A stretch of DNA of 64,000 nucleotides, taken from contig OY969763.1 of NCBI GenBank assembly GCA_963702845.1, forward strand, positions 2,880,001 through 2,944,000, read 5' to 3'. This DNA comes from an uncultured Verrucomicrobiae bacterium. GTDB taxonomy: Bacteria; Verrucomicrobiota; Verrucomicrobiia; Limisphaerales; Palsa-1400. Positions 43,801-53,130 of the stretch are shown here, piece after piece. Below the pieces are notes generated by a model, which saw nothing but the letters and a program-made list of their open reading frames with translations, was not told the DNA's origin and did no database searches. The first letter of the stretch is position 1. Each line of letters opens with the position of its first letter. The position numbers and the translations under genes were made by a program.

Positions 43801-43813
43801 ACCGACGTGGTAG
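40811..43813 (+). CDS. Secreted metallophosphoesterase with unknown N-domain, FN3-like segment and TIGR02597-like C-domain
   Basis: LPDTQNY, QLGDCV, VGNHD, AIH, LAGH; SDSFVSVPFVRP...PYWTLGTVFP in the C-terminal part. Confidence 0.85.
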   Translation: MRLLITVACLLLAPFAQAQLVVGDSFNVTGSGTGFSLNTGINSGINPPTTRLTGSAAPNLRYLSTTTRANSTFSITSNKVRVTSDATAGRFVLSADGITPFNFASALATATATPQNPVVYDLTISMANNSTGVARMSFGFGTAEGDATTWDFGIQLFATADTDTFYTIGKRIDKKACGLATDINTFITNTAPGTFGTEVALLMRVTDAGRETNSYHSRVQLSTDGGFTWFYDTDTDPDLPNGWRLNGTGRYIMCDIAPNAGPVTYDDFALRPVPVSATLVPFANATNVTAQLKAVVSNTAPGNLTVTYYGRQPGKPFPGPDFMIAALPDTQNYARESSSIGDAKKEMWFAQTEWIITNRVASNIVYAVQLGDCVNDGDIFNGANDTTQWRNATNAMWRLESRSRTLLNNGIPYGVVVGNHDQEPNGDPDGTTINYNLYFGEDHWADKPYYGGHFSTNNDSWFNFFSAGGLDFIVLSFEFDRYGSTIMQWAQDVLATNQNRRVIVAIHNAGSDATPVDFSEQGQTIYDTLKLNTNFFLMLAGHRFANDGEGSRSDTYQGRTVRTYVSDYQGRTNGGDGLMRLMRFSPSNNLVTIATYSPWTGQYETDADSKMSFSYNMQPNGAGVAPTPWVAIATNSGVAPGTTNSLVWSGLQAGKTYEWYVKVTDSSGNSITSPTQSFTTDTAGSINLALPGNSDSFVSVPFVRPAAALATVASVSGNTITTSGTWTPGQFVYSAGVQTNTYYARFLTGVSAGKILPIVTNTATTVVVTSPYGSPASAGAGDQFSIEPYWTLGTVFPNGAGINVSPTSGNRNTEILVPDSLSAGINLSAPAIYFFNGGIWKQVGKGNSNFNDATLPPNAHFIVRHNVATNTTLTVGGLIVSTPLAVPLRSSSTNLQDNAVCLARPAAVTLDASQLISSGAFAASPLPGTRTDELLTFDNSVAQKNKSSSAVYYYWSGAWRRVGSGSSDVGATTAFTPGTGMIIRKNTNSGSPIWLTTPTW

Positions 43814-44115
43814 GTGTGGTCGGTCGGTCTTACAATGATTGATAATCCTCCCTAGCCACCCTTTCGCGTGTTTAGCGTTTTTCGCGGTTCAAAAGTTTTC
43901 CATTTTCCATTTCTTCGACCCTCAACCCTCATCCCCTTTGCGTTTAAAATAATCCGCGTTGAATTTCGAATTTGTTTCGTTTGGCCGCCAAAGCTTCCGG
44001 TTCGAGCTTCGTGCTTTGAATGTTACGCCCATTGCGCCAACCAAACTAATAGCCCTCAACTCTTTGCGTAAAAATGTGAGGTTATAAATAACTTTTCTCC
44101 GACCCACCCCATAAC

Positions 44116-44138
44116 TGTCCAACCCCCTTCTGTAAAAT
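44116..44138 (+). promoter_or_regulatory. TGTCCAA-N10-TAAAAT promoter-like motif
   Basis: Same geometry as at 2231 and 44273; ATG 7 nt downstream (44146). Confidence 0.55.
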
Positions 44139-44257
44139 AGTTGGCATGAAAGATACAAATAGACAGTTTGCAAAGTGGTGGGTCGCGGTACCGGAAACAG
44201 AAAAAGCCGCCCTTACGGGGCCGTTTACGCCATTAAAAACTCTTCGAAAAATAATTT

Positions 44258-44295
44258 CACTTGGACAGCCTTTGTCCAAGTGACCTTGCTAGGAT
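44258..44295 (+). promoter_or_regulatory. Palindromic operator plus TGTCCAA-N10-TAGGAT promoter
   Basis: 34-bp copy identical to 2216-2249; ATG at 44307. Confidence 0.7.
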
Positions 44296-44306
44296 TTTTC
44301 AAACAA

Positions 44307-45473
44307 ATGAATACTTTCGACGAATCCAAGCCCGTCTCTCAACCGTCAACGCTCAACCATCAACTATCCTTTTCCCTCGCGCCCGGCGAAAGTCCGCGCG
44401 CCAGCAGTGCGTTCATGACCTTTTTCCAACTCGGCCATGGCCGATCACTCCGAGCCGTCGCCGACCAACTGGATATGGGCATCGACGCCATAAAAAAATG
44501 GTCGAGCAGATTCGATTGGAACGACCGCATCCACTCCTTCAATGCTGAAATTCTGCAACAGCAGATGCAGGCCGAAGTTGCTTCCCAAAGCGAACAGGTT
44601 GCCGAATGGTCCGCTCGCATGGCCGCCTTGCGCGAGCAGCAATGGGCCGCCGCTCAAAAACTGCTCGCCGTCGTTCAATGCTATTTGGAAAATTTCGGTG
44701 ACGAACAGTTGGAGAAAATGACGCTTTCCCATGCCACGCGCGCTTTGGTGATCGCCTCCAAAATCGCACGCATGGCCCTCGCGGGCATCGAACATCCCGA
44801 GAAATCAAAACCCGAATTATCGCCGAGCCAACCCGCATCCAACTCACCGTACGCTGCGGACGTCCCGCAAAACTCCCCACCCCCTGCACCGATTCAGGCC
44901 CCCCAAACGGATTACGAGCGAAGTGAGCACCGTCGACTCACCAACCCGATCCAACAACCTGAATCTTGCATCCTGCATCACGAAAAAAGCATCACTCTGA
45001 ACCAAATCCCAACGAATTCATCGACGACGAGCCCCTTCACCTCTTCCGCGTCCAATGCCAGACAGCGCAAAAATTTCTTTTCCAGTGTCGTTTGGTGCCG
45101 TTCGGTGCCAACGAGCGAAGCGAACTTGCCCACCCAGGAGCTGGTGGCCGAGCCTTCGCATGCATCATTCTTTTCGCCATCACCGAATGAAATCCAAATC
45201 AATCAAGTAAACGACAAAGTTATCCCCAACATGGAGAAAAATGTCGAAAAAAGTGCTGTTCGGTGCTTATTACCCGGAAGAACTTCGTCTACCTATAACA
45301 TCCAAACGCGAAGAAATTATTTTTGGTGCCGTTCGGTGCCATTCGGTGCGCTTGGGTGCGGTTTGATAACTGGTTGCGCCCGTCGCGATCGTGGCAAGAC
45401 GCCGCAGCACATTATTTTCCGACGAGGTTTGGTGCCATTTGGTGCCGCTCCGGCTTCGATCTCAATCTTTTGA
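44307..45473 (+). CDS. Hypothetical protein with N-terminal HTH resembling phage terminase small subunit, and a low-complexity repeat-derived C-terminus
   Basis: GESPRASSAFMTFFQLGHGRSLRAVADQL...IKKWSSRFDWNDR, then a helical coiled segment; the tail translates DNA repeats (WCRSVP twice). Confidence 0.6.
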   Translation: MNTFDESKPVSQPSTLNHQLSFSLAPGESPRASSAFMTFFQLGHGRSLRAVADQLDMGIDAIKKWSSRFDWNDRIHSFNAEILQQQMQAEVASQSEQVAEWSARMAALREQQWAAAQKLLAVVQCYLENFGDEQLEKMTLSHATRALVIASKIARMALAGIEHPEKSKPELSPSQPASNSPYAADVPQNSPPPAPIQAPQTDYERSEHRRLTNPIQQPESCILHHEKSITLNQIPTNSSTTSPFTSSASNARQRKNFFSSVVWCRSVPTSEANLPTQELVAEPSHASFFSPSPNEIQINQVNDKVIPNMEKNVEKSAVRCLLPGRTSSTYNIQTRRNYFWCRSVPFGALGCGLITGCARRDRGKTPQHIIFRRGLVPFGAAPASISIF

Positions 45474-45503
45474 CCTCTCGTCCGGTGCCAAAAAATTTAT
45501 TTT
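45066..45503. repeat. Clusters of TTyGGTGCC at 10-bp period adjacent to A/T tracts
   Basis: 45081-45110 (x3), 45253/45263, 45321-45360 (x4), 45428-45446 (x2), 45484. Confidence 0.85.
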
Positions 45504-45930
45504 CACGTGATCTTTTGTGCCTTTATGCGACCCGATGACACGGAGAATCTGACAATCTTAGGGCTTTTCAGAATATGACACCCTTAGAAAATGACCCCTT
45601 TAGAAGCCGTTGTAAGTGCATTGTAAGGTGCGGCCCTACAAAGGTTAGGCTGTTTCCCTCTCGGGCGGGTAGCACCCTAAATTTAGGGCACCGCCTTTCG
45701 GCGGTCTGCGGTTGACTCAAACGCACTCCACATTCATAACCATGAGCAACAATCCCGGTCGACCCCTGAGCAACGTATTCCGCTAACCCCGGTTTCCTGT
45801 CTCTGGTGGGCGCCCTCCGGAAAAACCAAACACGTGAATACTGCCGATCGCAACGTCAATCACCCGTAGTCGCCAGGTAGGACGCAACAATCTTTCCCAA
45901 CAAAACTCGACCCTCAACTACACAAAAAGC

Positions 45931-48900
45931 ATGAAACTAAAGCACTCCATTTTCCTGATAGCTGTCGGCGCGCTGCTCGGCGTCGCGTCCGTCCAGAGCC
46001 AGACGATTGTCCTTAGCGATAATTATACTACCACAACAAATCTCACCGGTTTTGCGCTTGGAACTGGAGTAAATGCGGGCATCAATCCGCCGACGACGCG
46101 CATCACAGGAACATCGGCTGCGAACCTCCGCTACATACAAGTGGCGACGACGCCATCAATGAGAACCGCAAGCAAATACGGTCTCAACAGCAGCATGATT
46201 CGTGTCCAGACCGAAAACTCAATCGGTCGATTCACCCTTTCGGCCAATGGTGCTACGCCATTTGACTTCGGCCCGTCAGTTGGTGCGACGTATGCAACGC
46301 AGGCCAACCCTGCCATTTACGACATCAAGATCAGCATGCGCAGTGATGGCAACACACCTCGGTTTAGCTTCGCGCTCACAACAGTCGAAGGCGATGCGAC
46401 CACTTGGGATTTCGGTCTCCAAATGTATCGCGCTACCACGACAGACAATTTTTACACAATACAGAAGCGATTTGACTCGGCATCGACGGGAATGGCGGCC
46501 GACATCAACGCGCCAATGATCACAATGCAACCCGGAACAACGACCGCCAGTGGGAACGGGACATTGCAAACGTTTGTCATCCGCGTAACCGATGCCGGCG
46601 CGGAGTCTGGCACGGCGTACAATTCACGTATCCAGGTTTCGACCAACAATGGAACCTCGTGGCAGTATGACACCGCTTCTGACACAGCCGTTTTGACCAA
46701 CGGTTTTCGTTTCGACGGTCCCGCTCGCATACTTGATTTCGATCAAGCCCAAAATACCGCCGGCAACGTGTTCTATGATAATTTATCGATCACGTCGATT
46801 TCCTCGCCGGCCCCACCGACGCCGGTAACATGGACTGGTCAAAGTGTAATCGATAGCAATTGGTCGTCCGTGGAAAACTGGGGCGGTACTGCTCCGCAAG
46901 CTGGTCAGCCCTTGATTTTCGACGGAGTCAATAGACAAGCGAATAGTAACGATATTGCCGGGTTGGATGCGCCCTATCTTGTCGTTCAATATGGGCGGGT
47001 TCTCGCTCACCGGAAATGTGTTTTCGGTCAGCAGCACTATCAGCAACGTTGCGGGTGCGAACACGATCGGAACACCTCTCGTCGTTCAGCACGACTGGCC
47101 TAAAAACCTGGAATATCGCCGCAGGTAGCGTTTTGACTCTCGCTAACACAACTTCGATTGAAACGAATGGAGATCACTCCCTTCTTGGTGGTGGGACTCT
47201 GTATTGCCGTGGCCCGGTGAATATTGGTCAAGCCGTGGGATCAACGGCGAACCCCCCACTTACCGTGTTGGAGGGTACCCATGTTATGGATGGTGCAGCA
47301 TATACGACTAAAGGTGGTTACCGAATCGGTTCAACGATCGGCGCAGGCGCTCAGACAATTTTGACCAACAACGCCACTCTCGCTATCACAGCGACCAGCG
47401 GCAACTTGCGGGTCGGCGACGGTGCGAATGCTAACGGCGCAAAGCTGATCATTGATAACAGCACGGTGACACTCGCTGGCAGCGTCATATTTGGAATCGG
47501 GTATAATGCGGGTTCCGTAGCTACGGTGAGTCAAAACGGCGGAACGGTGACTGCTCCGCTAACGAGTTTCAGCGAAAATGCTGCAGCAACCGGTACATAC
47601 GCGAATTACAAATGGCACGTTGATCACGCGTGCGATCCGAAAGAATACCGCTGGCGGCACGGCCTCGATTTTCTTCAACAACGCCACGGTGTCGACCGGG
47701 TCCGGTTCGAGCAACGCAAATTTCTTCACTGGACTGAACGTGGCTCAAATTCAATCCGGTGGTTTGGTCGTCGATGCGACAAACGACCTCACTATCGGCC
47801 AGGCATTGAGCGGGACTGGTGGTCTCACCAAGAGCAATTCGGCTACGTTGACATTGAGCGGTGCAAATACGTTCACAGGTCCGGTTACGATCCTGTCCGG
47901 TGTGTTGAGTGTTGGAGCAGCGAATACACTCCCGGCAGCTTCGACGGTTAACTTGAACGGCGGCACGCTTGATCTGGCGAACAGTGCCACGGTTGGTGCT
48001 TTGCAATACGCGGGCGTTTACAAGGCGGCTGGGACTTATGGTGCCATTGGTTCGGGCGCGACCCATGAAAACGCACAATTTACCGGCAGCGGTATCTTGA
48101 CGGTCACCGGCGGTGGCACATCAATCACCACTGTCACCTCTGATGTTCAGTCGGCAACGGTCGGTCAAAATGTCACCTTTACGATTACGGTTACGGGAAC
48201 GGGCGACGGTTCGATTCCTGATGGATCGATCACCTTATTCGACGGCGCTAGCAACCTTGGGACATTCGCGTTGACGCCGACGATTGGAAGTAGTGCAGCG
48301 GCCACATATTCAACCAGCGCACTTCCGCTTGGCACACATCCGATGACCGCGACCTGGGCTGGAAACAATAGCTACGCCCCGAGCACTTCTGCCATTTACA
48401 CGGAAAGCATTGTCCAGGCTCCGGTGCTCGTCAGCCCGACATCCGCATCAACCGCGGTTGCCGATGCCGGAACGAGCATTTCGTTCACCATTGTTCTGCA
48501 AGATTCGAGCGGCATCACGTATCAGTGGAGCAAAGGCGGTGTGAACCTTGCCAACGGTGCGCACGACAACGCTGCTACCGTCATCGGTTCGACTGCTGCA
48601 ACTTTAACTTTGGCTGGCGTTAAAGCTGCCAATGCGAGCCCGGGTGTTTACAGCTGCATCGCATCGAACGCCGCTGGCACGGTTACGAGCGCGGCGATCA
48701 CACTGGTCGTGAATGACCCCGCAATTTCTGTGCAGCCGACGAATACTGCGATTGAATGTAGTTCTAACGGTTGCTTGAGCGTGACCGCTGCGGGAACCAC
48801 GAATGCGAATGGCGTGTTGCTGTATCAATGGTACACACCCAACGCTGCAGGCACCGCGATTGCTGATGCGACCAACTCCACATTGTGTTTCAACAATGTT

Positions 48901-51381
48901 CATACCGACCAGGGTTCTTACGTGGTGGTTGTCAGCAATGCATTTGGCAATTCTATCACCAGCCAGGTGGCGGTGGTAACAGTGCATGACACAATGGCTC
49001 CAGTCGTGACGCTCAACGGACTCGCGAGCGTGACGGTCGAGTGTCATGGGAGCTTCTCTGATCCTGGCGCTTCGGTTGCGGATGCATGCGACGGCAACAG
49101 CGGTATTTCTGCGCCGACCAGCGGCAGCGCTAATCTGAACGCAGTTGGCAATTACACGTTGACTTACACCGCGTCCGATTCCTCCAGCAATCCTGGAAAT
49201 TCCGTTACACGTGTCGTTCACGTGCAAGATACAACCGTTCCGAACGTTGCATTGATTGGCGCTTCATCGATTAATGTGGAGTGTCATGGTTCTTATACGG
49301 ACCCGAGTGCGAGTGCGAGCGATGTTTGCGACGCCAGTCCGGTTGTTACGACCAGTGGGACGGTCGATGTGAATACGCTTGGCAATTACACGGTAACCTA
49401 TACCGCGACAGATGCCTCCGGTAATCACTCTTCCACAACGCGCGAGTTTGTTGTGGTCGATATGACAGCGCCTGTCGTGACGCTTAACGGCGGCGCAAGC
49501 GTGACTGTCGAATGTCACGGATCATTCTCCGATCCGGGTGCGACGGCTGCGGATGTATGCGACCCTTCTCCATCGTCTGTGAGCACGGCCGGGTCTGTTA
49601 CAGTTAATACTCCTGGAACTTACACGTTGACCTACACGTCGACTGACGCTTCAGGAAATCATGGTTCGGCGACCCGGCAGGTTGTGGTGAGCGATGCGAC
49701 CGCTCCCGTGGTGACGTTGAATGGTGGAGCAAGTGTGACTGTGGAATGCCACGGTACGTTCACCGATCCCGGTGCAACGGCTTCGGATTCTTGCGATGCT
49801 AGCCCGAGTGTTAGCACGACCGGTTCGGTCAATGTCAATGTGACCGGTAACTACACGGTGACGTATACTGCGACAGACGCCGGGGGCAACCATGGATCGT
49901 CCACGCTGCAGGTGGTTGTTGCAGATACTACGCCTCCAGTTGTGACGCTTAACAGCGGCGACAATACCGTATGCGTGAACGGTTTGTATAATGATCCAGG
50001 GGCTACGGGCAATGACGTTTGCCAAGGTTCAGTATCCGCGACGCCGTCTGGAACAGTTGATACGAGCATTGTCGGTGATTACACGCTCACCTACACCGCT
50101 ACTGACAGCAGCTCAAACAGTGGCAGCGCGACTCGCGTCGTGTCCGTTATTAATTGCGCTGATCCAGCAATCACTGTCCAGCCAGTCAACGTGGTTGCCA
50201 CCACGAAGAGCAACATTACCTTCAGCATCACTGCTGGTGGAACTGGCCCGTTAACCTATCAATGGTAATTCGTTAAGAACGGCACCACGACGCCCAAGAA
50301 GATGGTCAAGAGCGCGACCATCCCGGCTGTGACCAACGCCACGCTTAGCATCAACAACGTAGCTAACGCGGCCAATGGCGGCTCCTATTACTGCACGGTG
50401 ACCAACGTGCTCCATTCAGGCGCAACCAGCACCAGCGCGACCCTGACGGTCTACGACGCGCCTTTGGTGAAAATCGCTCCGCCGAGCAAGACGTTGCTGG
50501 CTGGTTTCAACTACACAATGGTTGCCAAAGTGACCAAGGGTGCGCTCAATCAGACCCTGAGCTATCAATGGAACAAGAACGGCAATGCCATCAGTGGCGC
50601 AACCACCTCGACCTACTCGCTGGTGGATGTTCAGACCGCTAACACAGCGGTCTACTCCTGCGTGGTGAGCAACAACTCTCCGACAGGCGGTTCGGCCAGT
50701 CTCTCCCTGACGGTGACTCAAGACACTGAAGTTCCCAAAGTGGTGCTCTTGTTGAAGCCGACGGACATGGCAGCCAAACACGCGTTGACGACCAACGACG
50801 TTCCCGTTGATCCGACCGGAACCAATCACGCGCCTGATGTCGACTTCCTCGGCAAGGCAGTGGATAAAGGTTTGATCGTGTCCGCCTGGGTCAGCAACGC
50901 CGTCAATCAGGCGGTGTTCCCGGCGACCTTCGTAAAGAAGGTGACCGACCTGACGGGGACGAACACTTCAGCCGGCAAGCCGGCGTTCTTCCTCTCGCAC
51001 GTGAGCATGGTAGATGGAACCAACATCTTCTGGGGTCTGGCGACGGACTCGGACGGCAACACGACTGTGACCAGCAAAGGCACGCACATGTTCTTCATTG
51101 CCAATCCGCAAGCGCTGACCCTGGCGACCAGTGGGACTGGCAGAATTACCTCGGTGACCGATGCCACCTCGAAGAACTGGGGCAACCCGACGAACACAGC
51201 GGTGCTGGCGGTAGGTCATAATTACACGATAAAGGCCACGCCAATCGGTCACCTCGTTACCTTCCAGAAATGGACCGTGACGGACAGCACTGGAGCCTTG
51301 CCTGATCAACTGGCCAATCCATTGACCTTCACCATGACTCCTGGACGGACCAATACGGCTGTGTTCTCCAACCACCCGTAA
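45931..51381 (+). CDS. Giant surface protein: shared N-domain, autotransporter beta-strand repeats, Ig-like domains, about 5 DUF5011-type Ig repeats; about 3 indels and an in-frame TAA at 50266
   Basis: Signal peptide; GGLTKSNSATLTLSGANTFTG; repeated APVVTLNG..SVTVECHG.F.DPGA.A.D.CD...YT.TYTATD.SGN; YQW Ig motifs; ORF 50302 is in frame after the stop. Confidence 0.85.
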
Positions 51382-51399
51382 TTAGAAATTGATTCACAC

Positions 51400-51431
51400 A
51401 AGGCGTCCCGTTTCGACGGGACGCCTTTTTT
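51400..51431 (+). terminator. Intrinsic terminator
   Basis: AAGGCGTCCCGT-TTCG-ACGGGACGCCTTTTTT. Confidence 0.9.
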
Positions 51432-51633
51432 GTTCTTTCGCACATTGGCTCGATAAACCAAACAATATGTGAACACTCACCAGTCCGCTCGCTGGCTTTC
51501 TTGTCCCTTGCTCGTGCCCGGTTTGGCTGCTTTTCCCTATCGCGGGCAACTTCCCCAAGCGGGTTCGGGACCGATTGTCTGACAGAGAAAACGGAGGTTG
51601 CGGTTCGACGGACTGTGTTTGATAGTTCGGCCC

Positions 51634-52837
51634 ATGATTTTGAAACGCGTCGTCCCCGGCTTGCTCGCGTTGTTGCTGCTCACGGCCTGCCACACTACGG
51701 CGCCGTTGCCGACGCCGAACGCGCAGAATGCCCACGCATGGCTTGAGATCTCCGAGCCAGCGTTCGAACACAATCTTGCGGAGATGAAGAAACTCGTGGG
51801 CTCGAACACGCAGGTTTGTGCGGTGATGAAGGCGGATGCCTACGGGCACGGAATCGCTTTGCTGATCCCGGCTGTCGTCCGAGCCGCAATCCCGTATGTC
51901 GGCATCACCTCGAATGAAGAAGCCGCCAACGCACGGGCCGCCGGCTACACCGGAAAACTGATGCGACTGCGGACGGCAACCTCGGCAGAAATCGAAGCTG
52001 CCCTGCCCTATAATATCGAAGAGTTGCTGGGAAACCTCACGCTGGCGAAGGACGTGTCCGCGCTCGCGCACCGGCGTCACATCATGCTGCGCTATCATCT
52101 AGCGCTGAACTCCGGTGGCATGAGCCGCAACGGCATCGAACTAAAGACCGACGCCGGCAAAGCCGACGCGCTGGCCTTGCTCCGCCTACCAAACCTGCGG
52201 ATTGTGGGCATCATGACGCCACTTCCCGGTGGAGGAAGTCGCGGATGTCCGCGCCGGGCTCGCAGCTTTCAACAGCGAATCTGCCTGGGTTATTCGTGAA
52301 GGCCACCTCGACCGCTCCAAGCTGCTGCTCCACACTGCGAACTCTTTCACCACGCTCGAAGTTCCCGAAGCGCGCCTTGATCTTGTTCGGCCCGGCGGCG
52401 CACTGTATGGCGATACCGTTCCCTCGCACACCGAATATCAGCGGGTGCTCTCCTTCAAATCCCGGGTCGCGAGCCTTAACACCTACCCAAAGGGCAACAC
52501 CGTCTGTTATGATCGCACGTTCACTCTGGCGCGCGACTCGCGGCTGGCGAACATCCCGGTCGGTTACTCCGATGGTTATCGTCGTGTGTTCTCCAACAAA
52601 GCACACGTCCTCATCCATGGGCACCGGTGTCCCATCGTCGGCCGTGTGACCATGAACACGGTGATGGCAGACGTCACGGATTTCGCCGACGTTCAAATGA
52701 GCGATGAGGTCGTGCTCTACGGCAAGCAGGGCGCGGCGGAGATTACCCAAACGGAGCTCGAGGATATGTCGGGGACGATTCTGGTTGAGGTTTACGGTAT
52801 GTGGGGGCGGGTGAATCCCAGACTTCTTGTAAAATGA
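51634..52837 (+). CDS. alr: Lipoprotein alanine racemase of the broad-spectrum (Bsr) type; extra C near 52218
   Basis: LLLTAC lipobox; CAVMKADAYGHG; LALNSGGMSRNG; MTHF after correction; NSFTTLEVPEARLD; YDRTF; GYSDGY. Confidence 0.92.
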
Positions 52838-53130
52838 AGTTGGGGAATCACGCCTCCGGCCCTCGACGGTGTAGCACCTCCGCAGCCGCCGGAAACAACA
52901 TGGAACCTGACGCGTGGAAACTCGTCCGGCGACAGACAGATAGACCTACGGCAAAGCCATGCAACCCTTTCCGCGCAAACTGCGTCATCTGAGGTGACTC
53001 CGTTTCAGCCATTTCTTGTTTGAGCTTCGATTGTTTCAAAACTCGATGGGAGTCGGAACTTCCGGTTCGTGCTTTAAATTTCACCTTATGCGGATAAGTT
53101 GGCCCATAGCGAAAAAAAGCGATTTGAATA

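Noticed and set aside
44336..44367. TCAACnn heptamer runs (also near 2100, 43920, 45910) as a separate system
   Set aside because: Very short (2-4 units) and treated as part of the general short-repeat background.
43814..45930. Prophage
   Set aside because: Only one TerS-like ORF; no TerL, portal, capsid, tail or integrase genes.
48985..50150. DGR template/variable repeat pair
   Set aside because: These are ordinary coding Ig-domain repeats diverged at all base types, and no reverse transcriptase is present.
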